DNA of 64,000 bases, from contig OZ024746.1 of the NCBI GenBank assembly GCA_964016885.1, forward strand, positions 57,288,001-57,352,000, in the 5' to 3' direction. Under the pieces are notes generated by a model. That model searched no databases. It worked only from the letters and a program-made list of their open reading frames with translations, and had not been told where the DNA came from. Shown in pieces: positions 50,641 through 64,000 of the stretch. The stretch comes from Eledone cirrhosa. Lineage: Eukaryota. Positions within the stretch are counted from its first letter, which is position 1, and each line of letters starts with the position of its first letter. The position numbers were made by a program, and so were the translations under genes.

Positions 50641-52169
50641 TGTTGAGACCTGCTGCTGAAATCAACGTGCATTTTCCTAAGGATTCCAGAGAAACATATA
50701 TATTTAAGGTAGATCATATAGAGATTCAATGTGATAGTGTGTGACAATGCTGAGCCTTTAAAATACTGGCAAAGCACAGTTTGCTGGCGGAGTAGATATC
50801 AGCAATCCAAACTAGAGTGGCCTGCCTTGCTCAAGGACAAAGCAGGCGGTAAATAATCCACTAGCAAACCTTAAAGGCCAAATCACTGGCGTACCGATCA
50901 CAACATAATCTAGAAGAACCTGGTTAAATAGTTGACGTTTTAAAAAATTAGATTTCGAGTCTTACACCATCGGGTTCCATTTTGTTTCTAACCTTTTTTT
51001 GATGGGTAAGATTATTACAAAAACATATACCAGCATGGAGCTAGTTCTTATCAGTTCTGTCATCTTCACAAATGTTTAGATCTTCAGCTTATTTTAGAAA
51101 TTATTTAGATTATTCGATAAAGCATATTTCCTTCTGATAATTATAAAATGGAAGAATTTGATGTAAGATTAAGTTATTTGTCTAGCTGTACATAAGTTTT
51201 TTTTTTCTCAGATTTGCCTCTATGGTTCTTTGCCTCTATACTTCCAGGACACGAATGTATGTCTCAGGAAATAAATTTACTTAAGGTAAACTTGTCTGTG
51301 GCATCCTTCCATATTCCAGCTAGGTTAATATATCGATGTATTGTATGCAGACTAAGTCATCACTGAACCGTTTAAATGTTTTCTTGACTGCTCGTTTATT
51401 ATTATATATTTTAATTATATGAACATATCTCCGTGAATAGCAAATTCGATGAGACTAATGAAACTAAAGGTAAATATATTTGTAGCTTTTAGTTGTTACA
51501 TTTAACCTGTTGCGAACATACAAGCATGTGACTTGTTATTCACAGCAGGAAGATTCGATACTCAACTAACAAACCTAATATACCTCCTAATTTAAAAGTA
51601 TGAATGAGACGTCCCGCCTAGTTTATTTAGTTCCTACACAATTATCCGATTAGTACATTAACACGGAATAGAAATAGTTAATTAGATATCCTAGAGTGAT
51701 GCAAGTTTTTTATCAATTCAGAAATACACACGGGTTCATAAAGTGTGTATAAGTCTTAAGAGCTTCTGGTGTAGACCTTGTCGTGAAACGCAAGCGTTAT
51801 TTTGGTGTTGAGGTTCCACTTAATAACATTATTGCCACGTTGTATAAGTAATGTAGGGTAGATAGACAGATATTGATAGTCCTAACTGATTTACAATTAG
51901 TATGCAATGTGACATTTGCAAAGATGTCACTGCCATTTACTCATCATTGTCAACGTAAAAGCATTCTCGGAATACCTAGTAATGTCTACTCACCTTTGCT
52001 TATATAAGCATTCATTACATTGCGTATGATATCTCAGAAAGATAGCATCAAATGAGTTAGAATGTTTGTGTCGAAAAAGATTACATCTACAAATTATGAC
52101 ATTATACTTATGCAAACATACACGTACGAATAGCTATTCATATTTACATATAACATTTACTGGTACACA

Positions 52170-52249
<80 letters not shown>

Positions 52250-52513
52250 TAAATGATCAGCGGCCATATTCAGTTAGTGCAGGTTTATTTAAAACTCTGT
52301 TATACATATCTCACAGAGGACTATCAGTTTACATAGCCTGAGATCATCAGACGTCAAAACCTAAAACAAACATTAGAAGTTCCTAATAAACATTTGAATT
52401 TGGAAAAATCTAAAAATTTCCCCGAAACAGATTTTTTTCATGATATAGGAGGCCTGCCGAACACATTGTCTTTTTCTTCGACGGCGACCCTCTTTATATA
52501 TACTATATATGTA

Positions 52514-52573
<60 letters not shown>

Positions 52574-52576
<3 letters not shown>

Positions 52577-53163
52577 TACAGGGATCTTTTATAATTTATT
52601 TTAAAACTTTTTCTCTATTTGCTAAATCTGGATTTTATATGTTCTGGCTCGTTAATTTATTAACCTGCCATAGAACCACATTGGCATACGGTTGGCTAAT
52701 ATCCCTATATGTATCTTTTACACGTAGGAACACATACTTTATTATTATTAATCTCCCCTAAGGTAGAGATAACATTTTGGTAGTTTGAACTGCTGCTATT
52801 TCTAGTGGCAGGATATTGACCTGTCCACCCTTACCTTCTGTCTCTACACACGGCACTAGACAGAATTGGTCCCTTCCTCATTCACTCTCATCCGGGAACA
52901 GTTTTGTATGGCGCCAGTTTGTGATTTGAACTCGGGATTTTATATTCCCCGTGCGAGAAGGACCTTCTGACGAGAATCCCCTTCTCAATGGTGGTCCGCC
53001 TGGATTATCCATTTACTTTGGTATTTGAAACTGCGTGGTAAGGGTACATATAGTAAGTACAGCGAACTTTTGAAAATTTATTTAAACACTTTTTCTCTAT
53101 TTGCTAAACCTTGATTTTATATGTTCTGGCTCGTTAATTTATTAACCTTCCATAGATCCACAT
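52574..53163 (+). repeat. ~110 bp diverged direct repeats (52574-52682 and 53053-53163)
   Basis: Shared TAAGTACAG...TTTTTCTCTATTTGCTAAA...GATTTTATATGTTCTGGCTCGTTAATTTATTAACC...CCACAT. Confidence 0.85.
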
Positions 53164-53164
53164 C

Positions 53165-54250
53165 AGCAGAAATGTGTTGAGCAGCATGGGCCACTATACC
53201 AAGTATCTGTGGACCTTACCAAAGCAATTAGTACTCTTAATCGTTGTGTATTGTGGGTCATATTGGGAAAATGTGGATACCCCCCCCCCCCCCCGCCAGC
53301 TTGCTGGAATTTTCAGAAAATTCTATGTAAATATAGAAGCAAACATGAACGACAATGGGACACTTTTAGAGACAATGCCAGTGGAAAACGGTGTCATGCA
53401 AGTTGACATACCTGCACCCACTCTATTCGCCATCTACGTTACTGTGTTGCTAACATATGCCTTCCAACACTTGCGATTTAGAACCTTTTGCAAAGTCTTT
53501 AATCTAAGACGGTTTACCACAAAGTCCAAAACGTTTGGCACTCTTGTCAGGGAGTTCCTGTTCGCTGATGAGGCAGATTTTGTAGCACATACAAATTACA
53601 GTTATCATATGAGGCAGTTGAACAGATTTCATCAACATCGTATATGACGCATCCTGACCATGAAATGATTCCCTCACACACCCGATGTTGCGGTATTTGA
53701 GAAAGCATGCAGCACCTGTATTGAGAGTGGGATTATTACGAACCAGATTCGTTGGGCTGGTCATCTTTTCAGAATGGAAAATGGACGGCTGTCTGAACAG
53801 TTATTTTATGGGAAGCTGCCCCGACGGAAAAGGACACAGTATAAACAAAAGAAGTTGTTAAAGAATATCATAGAAGACAAAATTAAAGCTTTGAAGAGAT
53901 TGGGTGAAGGCTGTACATCATAGAGAATGATCATCAAATATAGATGTGATTTCTTTGAGAAAAAGAATGTGGAGCATGTTGCTTTGAAGAGTTCACTTCG
54001 TAAGCAGGATTCGATAGAACTACCTGCAAAAATCCAGCAGGAATTGAGTAATTTGCGAGTAAGTTGATGGCCTGACCAGACATGGTAAATTACATGAAGA
54101 CACAACTCAGCCGGCATTGCCAGTAGACAGACAATTCAAGAGTCGCATCTCTGAATATACCTTCAAAACAAATTCGGGTCTGCATAGTCACCTGCAAGTA
54201 CATGATCGTGCAATTTTCAATGAAGTGATGTCACTCTTCTGACAAGAAGT
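53165..54250 (+). pseudogene. Degraded RTE/BovB-like LINE fragment
   Basis: DLTKA...LWVILGKCG, PTLFAIY, VREFLFADEA, RWAGHLFRMENGRL...LFYG. Confidence 0.75.
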
Positions 54251-54327
54251 AGCAGTAGGTATATCTACCTATATATCTATCTATCTATCTATCTATCTAT
54301 CTGTCTATATATATATAAATATATATT

Positions 54328-54535
54328 AACAGACGGAAGACAGGAACACTTAAAAAACGTGTGCCTGGTGCTGGGGGTTGTTCTATCCACGGGGTGTAAA
54401 ACAACCCCGCAGCAGCGCCCCCCCCCCTTCTAATGGGGATTTCAATTGTTTTATTTTTATATAGTTTATTGTTATTTATCATTGTCACGTCTTGTAATGT
54501 CCCACTATTGTACGCCCCTGTGGCAAATAAAGAAA
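54328..54535 (+). mobile_element. Tx1-type 3'UTR-only fragment within a (TATC)n/(TA)n tract
   Basis: Ends CCCCTGTGGCAAATAAAGAAA followed by (CTAT)n, the same terminal motif and flank type as T1. Confidence 0.7.
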
Positions 54536-54568
54536 GCTATCTATCTATGTCTATCTCTCTCTACACAC

Positions 54569-54613
<45 letters not shown>

Positions 54614-55490
54614 GTGTGCGCGTGTGTGTGTGTGTGTATGTGTGTGTGTGTATGTGTGTGTGTATGTGTGTGTGTACGTGTGAGTGTGTCTGCGCGTATA
54701 CATATATACATAATTAATATTTAGGAGTTGGCTGATAATCTGAAGACACTAATACGTGACGCTACTTTTCCCACGGTGAAAACTTGCATAGAACCTTAAA
54801 TTGCCTGAGGAACCTATAGAATATAGAGGGCACTACAGAGATGAAGGTGATTGAATCAACTACATTGACGATTAGGATATGTGCATATATCTATATGTGT
54901 GTTGGTTTTTGTGGTGCGGATTCCTCGATGAGGGTCCCGAATGTGCCAGTCACATATATATGTATTCGCCCCCTACGGCTTATCTTTGGCTGGTGCCTTC
55001 TTTTCAATGAAATACGACACCTTTAGCTACCATATGTTACCTCTACGGGTGTGTATCCTTTTTGCTTTAAGTGTTGCACCCTTGGCAGTTCAGTGTTTGG
55101 TGAGAGAGGCAGGGTAGCCCATTTCGGTTAAAACACTCTGAAATTTCACCCTGGTGGTATGTTTGTAGCTACCCTCACTGCATCCGCTGCGTATCATCTG
55201 TGTGAGTGTACTGTATATGTGTTTATGTGTGTGTAAGAAAAATCAACAATATGAAACAATTCAAGAGTACAAGACAATCGAATAATTCTGAATCAGTTTA
55301 ACGCTTGACAGAATTGGCAAAGTGTTATAACTTTTCGGACGTTACTCCTTCATCCGACGGTAGTACCAAGGTAAAATGAGAATATTAGTGACGGAGAAGA
55401 TAATAGATGACAAGGCCGAGTAAAAGAGAAAACTAGGATAATGTATAAGGAACAGATAGCGCAGGTTGATGTATGTCATTCACATTGCAA

Positions 55491-55587
<97 letters not shown>

Positions 55588-55627
55588 TATATATACATAC
55601 ACACACACAAACACACAGACACACACC

Positions 55628-55661
<34 letters not shown>

Positions 55662-58025
55662 CATAAACATATTTTTCGTATGCCTGTGAATGGTAACAGT
55701 GAATTACGACAGATGTTATTACTAGTGATTACAATTATATAGGTAACTACTAATGACCTATTGAATTTGTTGTAAAGAGCAGCCGTCTTCTGTTCTGCTT
55801 GTTTAACCGATACTACGTATTCGTGCATCATCATAGCAATCTTCTGGATTTCTCAAAGAAGCTATCTTAATTATGCACCTAAAATCACAGTCGACAACCA
55901 AGGAGATGTCCTTGATTGTCAGGAATTAATTGGTTGTGATAAATGTCAAATTTCTTCTCTTCAAGACATACTCACTCTCTTTCCTCTTCGGTTGTCATAA
56001 TGGCCTTCATGTTGTTTACACTAAGTTTTGGATTTTATGTTGTTGTTTCTACGTTGATTTATTTTGTTTCACATTAGAGCAAGATGTAGCTGAAATATTG
56101 AATAAATTATTGACTTGATTCTCAGATTCCTCAATATATCCCACAATGCATTGACTTTTTATCTCACTTCTAAATGGTATACTCATGTGACAAAACTTAT
56201 TGAACTACAGAACGTTGAAAATATTTTTATGAACATACTATCGATTTCAGATCAAATAGTTTTCGGTACAAATTCTAGAAAGGAAAGAAAAAATGCTGTT
56301 TGTTTTGTTTGAATTATCTCAATATGTATTCATGCTTAATTAGATAGACGGCTTCATTTCTGTTCCCAAACGCATAATCTTGTTCTTTTTCTCTCTATCT
56401 TTCTTTTGTATTCACCGTTTCCAATAAATATATTTCCGGAAGGAAAAAAATGAAAGTCACATACAACGGATCCTAATGAATCCTCATGCCAGTTGTGTTG
56501 TTATTTTGTGACAGAACTATACATATATATGTCTGTTGAGTACTGTCAACGAATGATTTATCTATATTTATTTAGTAAGAAAGCGAGGAGCTACGAATCA
56601 TAAATCACAACTACTCGCTTTGAAAGCCAGTGAGGAATTAACCCCCGCACGTACAATATCGCTTGCTCAATAAGAACTTAGTTTTTTTTCTAACGTGGGT
56701 TGTTTTTAATTCTTTATTTTGTGTAATGATGCTGCTATTTCATAGCTGTAATAGATAACGTTTTCGAATGCCGACAATAAAAAAAGAAAAACGCTTTACA
56801 GTACTTAATTACATACAGCTAAGCTCTATGTACAAATTTGCTGATCTACGCAGATTTACCTATGAGAGACACAATACAGCCATGTTTATTTACAACTGAT
56901 GAGTGAGAAAAAACATCAAATATTAACTGAAATGGGAAATAATAGAGCGATGCGGAGACTATATAAACGTCACAAATCAATGCCTTTTGTACCCAACGGA
57001 TCAAAGCCTTATACTGAAACGCATTAATGCTTCACAAACGTTTTTAAACGCAAAACCAGAGTTGTACAGCAGGTTTCGCCATTTTCAAAGGTTTCTGTTA
57101 AAGTTTATGGCACCCCATTCAAGTATCAATGTAAATATATATGCGCAAAGCAACATATTGTCTAACATGTTTCTGAAGATTTTTTTCCATTCGCATGTTA
57201 ACAGGACAGCGACCTTTAATGTCAATCAGAGACGTACGAGACAACCTGAATCTAGCTGACGTAAATAGCTATAAGTCCATCTTTTCTTTTTTTTTTCTCC
57301 GCTTCTTGTTTTACATATAACCCAGTTTCTTTGAAATTAGTGAAATATTTCTCATTGACAATATGTATTACTACCGGAACCAATCCTTGCAGAATGGCAA
57401 CATGAATTAATACAGACTTTTGGGGTTTGATCATCTAAAACTACCTTCTAATGTGTATTTAATCGATAACATAGAGGATCTCACCCCGGTTGAAATCCCT
57501 TTTGAGTGTAAAGTATGAAATACAAATATAAAATATTTGGTAGAAATCACTCTCTGTACAGTGTATTGCGAGTGCCTAACATTCTTACGTGTCAGTGGAG
57601 AAGCTTGAAAGTTAATAATTGACGTGCTAGAACTAGCAGATATCCATGAAGCAACGTCAAACCGTCATATATAATGAAACATTGACTGAAATAAATTTCA
57701 AAATTTCTTAGGTGTATATTATATTGAAGTGGTCACGTTAGAGTATCAAATTCCTTAAAGTGACATTCAATATAAAGTACTTGTATAATTATATGCTTAT
57801 CCGTCCACAGAGAGACAGAGAGAGAGAGAGGGGGGAGAGATAGAGAGATAGGGAGAGATACAGAGAGATAGAGAGAGAGAGATACATATAGATGTATATA
57901 TATATATATATATATATGCATATTTGTGAGCTGTGTGTGTAATTATCTGTCTATATCTATCAATCTTTTTATTTATATATCTATCTGTCCAACTATCTAC
58001 CTACATAAAAACACACACATAGACA

Positions 58026-58143
<118 letters not shown>

Positions 58144-58247
58144 CGTGTGTGAATGAAGTATTTCCGTCAGAAAGGTACAGAAAAAAGAATGCTCTATGTA
58201 GGCTACAGAGCTTATTAGTTATGTAATAAACAATATAAGATAATTAT

Positions 58248-58308
58248 TTCATTTCCCAGTGGTTTCTTGAAGACAGATGTTGTGTATGTCTTCAGTCGTC
58301 AGAATGAA
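58248..58308 (-). ncRNA. Mirror hammerhead fold with a mutated cleavage triplet (GGA)
   Basis: Minus strand reads UUCAUU-CUGACGA-stem II-GAAA-CCACUGG-GA-AAUGAA. Confidence 0.65.
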
Positions 58309-58356
58309 TAAAATCATGGTGTATTTATGAATGTAATAAATACACCGTGTTTTTTA

Positions 58357-58417
58357 TTCATTCTGACGACTGAAGACAGACACAACATCTGTCTTCAAGA
58401 AATCACGGGTAAATGAA
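58357..58417 (+). ncRNA. Type I hammerhead ribozyme fold
   Basis: Stem I UUCAUU/AAUGAA, CUGACGA at 58363-69, 10-bp stem II UGAAGACAGA/UCUGUCUUCA, GAAA at 58399-402, short stem III, GUA cleavage triplet ending at 58411. Confidence 0.78.
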
Positions 58418-58456
58418 ATAATTATCTTATGTTGTTTATTACATAACTAAAAAGCA

Positions 58457-58493
<37 letters not shown>

Positions 58494-59309
58494 TAGAGAG
58501 AGGCATGTAGGTTGGCAGACAGAAAGGTAGATTATTAGGTAGATGGAGAAATAGATAGAGATATATCTTTAGAGATAGATAGATAATTTGACAGATAAAT
58601 AGATTGTTATATTACATTGCAGTTATTTCGATTATTTGTGAGAGATTTAGTATCCTAAACGGATTACGCTGTTTATAATATGCTTTAAACTACTTCCTTT
58701 GCCATTAACATGGAAGCGGTTGTCTCATCACAGATAATACCTGCCGTAATCAATTAAGAAATCATCTTAAAGGATAGACGTTTTCCTTTCCTTTCGGAGT
58801 TTCGAAAATAGTTATCATTCTTATGAGACAAGCGTTCGTGAGTTTGTTATAGAAATGCGTCTCTATAAGATTAAATATTAAAGCTGAGGCCATTAGCTCT
58901 ACTGGATAGTAATGTCAGTTTGGTGATATTCTCAACACGATGTTCGAAATCGTAATGTTAAGATACGATAGAGCGAGAGGTTTTATTGTCAGAGGCAGGA
59001 GTTTAATTGTCAATAAATTATCCATACTAAGAGCTTTCCGTGACGTTTATTAACACCGCGACGCAACTGGTAAACGTTGTTAAATTAAGACGATGGCTTA
59101 AAAGAAAATTTCCAAATGAAATAATACTGAATGAAATTCTTTGATATGATTATTCGCCAATATTTATTTCACATGAAATTGAATTATATTTGATTATTTT
59201 TATTCTATTTCATTTTATTTTTATATTTTTAACTTTTCAAGAATTATAGCTTCAAAATTATATTTTAGAGTATCATTAAATATTTTATGACCATATATAT
59301 ATATATCTT

Positions 59310-59427
<118 letters not shown>

Positions 59428-60690
59428 GTATATATATATGTATACATATATGTATTGGGCAAGGGGAGCTTTGACGTGTGTGTAGTAAGAGCAGAATAAA
59501 CGGACAGAGAGAAATAAGGTGGTAGAAAAGGAGGAATGACGTGTTTCGTTAGGAATATCAACCTTCAATACTGTTACTAATTAAAATGAAGCTAGCTCGC
59601 TTTTATATTGCCACCAAAATTAGTATATTCTGATATCTGAAGGTAAAATCTATTGCAATGGCTAATAACACGAACGCACATATATAGTTATACATAGTTT
59701 ATATAAATAACAGACACATGTATGTACCTATATCCTTATATACATATTATGGAAATATATGTTTGGTAGATGGCATACGAAATATATAATTGCAAACTTA
59801 AATGCATGAAAGCAACGAGGAATGTATCATATTATATTATAACTATTGCTTATATGTATAGCAATAAAGAGGAATTCAATTACACACACACGCACACACT
59901 AACACACACACACACACACACATGCATATATATATATATATTCATTAAGGTTTACAACCCGATAGAACTGGTCTCTTCGTATAGGTAACGAAGATGTAAT
60001 AGTAGGGAAAGTCCTCAACATTAAGAAACTCATCCATCTTGATGTTAAATCATGTTGGTGGTGCGGTGACGGAGTTAATTATTAGTTTCATTAGAATGAC
60101 AGGAGGCGGACTGGTGAAGTTCCCTTAAAGTCATAAAGTTTTGTTGTTGCAAAAACACTTTATATATTTCAATGGTGAAGTTACTTAAAATCCTGGCGAT
60201 ATCATCAGGTTGCGTATTGCATAATTAGTTTCTCAATACAGGAAATACGGCAAACCCAAAACAGAGAAGATATACGCAGAGAAAATAGAGGAAATATTTG
60301 ATTCGGTGATGGTATACGGGGTAGGTCTTATTGCTGCCACAAAAATCTCTGAATAACAGGCTTGTCTCTGCAAGGCATTGTGGGATGTGTAGGCTAGGTG
60401 TGGGGCGTGTATATATCCTATTGTTATAGATAACTTCAAAGCTGCCACTAGGACAACAGCTTCGGAGGGGAGGGGCAAATGGATTAAGTGTAAATATCTA
60501 CTGGGCAAAACCAAGTCTTTTTAATCAAACATAAATATATATATATTTACAATTCGAACACATGTATGTTTATATTTGTTTTTATCTCTCTTGTATATTC
60601 AACTATATATATAACAAAGGAAATGTGGTAAGGAATCACATGGACCATAACGCACCAGAGTACTCAATACTTAGGGTAGTAGAGTGGGAA

Positions 60691-60784
60691 ATAGGAAAAA
60701 GTATGGCCCCGACGGCAGAGCTCAATCGAGTTCAGAAATAGCCGTCGAAACGGATTGAGCTCTGCCATCGGGGTCATACTTTTT

Positions 60785-60789
<5 letters not shown>
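60691..60789. repeat. Hairpin with 37-bp arms and 25-nt spacer abutting (TA)n
   Basis: ATAGGAAAAAGTATGGCCCCGACGGCAGAGCTCAATC pairs with GATTGAGCTCTGCCATCGGGGTCATACTTTTTCCTAT (2 mismatches). Confidence 0.9.
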
Positions 60790-60856
<67 letters not shown>

Positions 60857-61830
60857 CAAGTGTAATGACATGGACATTTGGACACATATAAGATATGTTT
60901 ATGTACAGTATAATAAACATCCTTTTAACATCTCTGTGAGATCTTGTAATTAGTTTTAATTATCTTACAGCTATCTCAGCAACAAACAGATAGAACAGGA
61001 CCACACCGTTTCTGATTTATTACTACTCTTCGAGGGGTCTTACGCCCGCTTTACCGAGACAAATATAAGCTGCAAGATAGAATGCTTTTTTTTCTTTTAT
61101 GAACATCGGATGATGATTCTCCTATGCATACAGTGCAAAAGCTGAACGGCAGCAATTTTTAAGAAGTAGTTTTAGCACTAACACACTGTGAATTGTAATA
61201 GGGTTGTATATGAAATCATACATGATATGTTTTTGTATCATTAGCATCATTTCAGACTCGGTATGATATATTTTAATGATGATCCTATCACCACTATGTC
61301 AGCAATAGATATACATACACATACCAACATATACATACACGTCTTACACATATATGTATATATATATATTATCGGCTCCTTTGTTGTGCTAAATTTTAGT
61401 CCCATAAAAACGGCTGTTATTTCTAGCAGCACGAGTATGGGGATAGCTAGGAGCTGCAAAACAATGTGCGTTAACACTTGCCTACCAGTCCACCTAAGTA
61501 TTTCGAGGTGAAACGTACCAATTTTTCTGGATACCTGCCGAAGAGCACAGAGAATAGAATTTTCGACTTTTTCACTTATTGCGAAACTTATTTGGGTTTT
61601 GAAATTTAAACTTGTCTACGGAACAGGTTTAGGTTTTAAAATTTAAATTAGTCCAGGTATCACGGCTATTGCCAATATGGGTTTGTTTTTATTGACTTAT
61701 TATTTTAAATCGAGACAGGCAAACTGTATTAATCTAATTAGTATTTTTCAATCTAGCTAACTTGGTCATTTACAATACAAACACTTATATCATTGTATTA
61801 GTGTTTATCATATATTAATTTATATTAACT

Positions 61831-61993
<163 letters not shown>

Positions 61994-62010
61994 ATATATA
62001 TATATATATA

Positions 62011-62055
<45 letters not shown>

Positions 62056-64000
62056 TCACAGACACACGTTCACACACACACACATATATATGAAGTGACG
62101 AGGAGAATATATGTATGCATTTGTGTGTAAATATTTCATAAGGACTTTTGGACTCACTCCTGTATTGTACATATAAATAATATGTATGTGTGAGTTTATG
62201 TGAGTACACATTTTACATTGTGTATGACTGCTTTTATGGTATATGAACATATTGCTGTGTGTTAAGTTTCTCAGACCTCAGAAGTCAACGCTTTGTTAGA
62301 GGCAGCCGTTACTACCGTGAGATCTATCTCACTTAGTTTTAATTGGTAACGAAGCCATTTGGCATAATAGATGTTTGATTGGCAGGGCTATTCTGCTATA
62401 AACGGTTTACATGTGGTTGAGCTCGATACGGCCACAACATACAATGGTTAGTTGTCATATATGTGGTCTCCCACCGTACCAACATGCAACACTTCAATAT
62501 ATCTAGCAAGGTATATCTATATGTATGCCTTGAGAATGAGATTAGTAATCAGTATCTAACGAGGAAGCCTCTAAATAATGATTATTGCCGCATCATATTC
62601 TGAACGATTTGGGGTTGATAATAACTTCAGTGTGAAATTTGGTGGGGTAAAACTACGAGGACGCCCTTCATATATATATATATATCCCGAGTCGCAGAGC
62701 GGAGAAGACAACTCTGAGTTACAGGCAGCTTTTACTCGGTCGTCTATAATTCGTTGAATTGTGTGTCTTTGTCTCTCGTAATTCAACGGGTCACAAGAGG
62801 AGTTTTTGATAAATACATATCATTGTTACCCCACCATGATCGAAATCTAATGACTAACAACAGAAAGGAATAAAATAGCAAAACTTTGATTTGTCACTCT
62901 TATTAAATCTTCTGCGAAAGACATTAATAACAGCCAGCCACACTAAGCATTGATGTCCAGGAATCGCACGTCCATTGGAAGTTGTACCTTCGTCGGTCCC
63001 GACGATGAGTGTTCTGGTTATTTTATTCGTGGACAGTAGAGCCTGTTGTTGAAATTAACGTGCTAGGGACTGGACATTCCATAGACTAATATATATATAA
63101 TGTAGTTCTTGGTCTAACACTGCTTGACATTCTGGATACTATATTGTTCAATCAATCTTGTTATATAGTGTAGGAAGTTGAATATTCCACAATCACATGC
63201 ACCATTTAACTTGTTCTTAGAGATATTCAGTGTCAAGCAGGGTGCGACAAGACTGGCACTTTGGTTTACTGGTATACCTCAACATTTTTCCCGCTGAGAA
63301 TATTTTAACAACTTACAATATTATTCAAGGACACAGCGAGCTTGCTCAAACTAACAATCTTATGATCATGAAGCAAACATCCCTGCAACTAAGCCACGTG
63401 CCTTCATATCTGTATGAGATTCATAATTACTATGTAACCCATTAAGATTGTGTGTAGTGGGCTGTCTTCGTTGAAGAAAAGAAGTTTTTAATATAATATA
63501 TGATGTGGTTGTTTAGTAAACAGTGTGGGCTTATGACAATATTTACACCGGTAAGGAAAGACTGTATAACATTACATCTTCCGCATGATTCACTGATGCT
63601 TGGCGAGTGTGATATTTGGAGGATTTCTTCAAGAAAGACGTATTAATTTTATTTACTTTAAAACAAGAACAATATTGAAAACCACTCTCGATCTTTTAGT
63701 TAAGCTATAGAGCAGCAAAATTGTAAACTTATTAGATTATCGATTATTTCTGTTGCCATCAACTATTTCTGGCTTTGTTATAACAAATTTATATCGAAAT
63801 CCAATCAGATACTACATGGTTATCTCTTTCTCTAACAAATAAGGAAGACATCAGATATTGTTCAGAGCGAATTCGTCGGTAAACAAATATACGACTAGAT
63901 TAATGTTACTGTGTACACGTCGAGATTCGATCCAGTACTGCCTGAAATAAACCAGGTACACAAATAAAAGCCGTGTCATTATATATATATATATATATAT

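Larger units (their letters stand above)
58210..58455. repeat. Imperfect ~245 bp palindrome adjoining (TA)n
   Basis: TTAGTTATGTAATAAACAA...TCGTCAGAATGAATAAAA...GGTGTATTTAT, a short loop, then the reverse complement with a few mismatches. Confidence 0.92.

Noticed and set aside
52960-52995. CTGACGA followed by a small hairpin
   Set aside because: No GAAA follows stem II, so it is not a hammerhead.
55325-55365. Minus-strand CGGATGAAGGA...TCCGAAA resembling a hammerhead
   Set aside because: The core has CGGAUGA rather than CUGAUGA, and I could not form stem I. At best a decayed relic.

Overview
This is an AT-rich, microsatellite-dense eukaryotic (animal) intergenic window; the repeat and SINE style suggests a cephalopod such as octopus (inference). 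No host gene is recognisable, and most short ORFs are translated (TA)n/(CA)n/(GA)n/(AGT)n repeats. The main content is microsatellite-associated non-LTR retrotransposons. (1) An apparently intact L1/Tx1-type element (ORF1 with a CCHC knuckle; ORF2 APE-RT-zinc finger) lies on the minus strand inside a (GATA)n tract at 1.2-6.9 kb. (2) A ~30 kb cluster at 20.2-50.6 kb has four head-to-tail Tx1-type copies on the + strand meeting, tail-to-tail, a head-to-tail series of R4/Dong-type (RT + restriction-like endonuclease) copies on the - strand. Most junctions in the cluster are (TTA)n tracts. It also contains a ~240 bp internally deleted Dong derivative, a nested second Dong family with a candidate HDV-like ribozyme, and SINE insertions. 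(3) Two long palindromes next to (TA)n tracts (16.76-17.13 kb and 58.21-58.46 kb) each carry a type I hammerhead ribozyme fold on both arms, as in Penelope-like elements. Degraded RTE-type fragments and tRNA-derived SINEs are also present.
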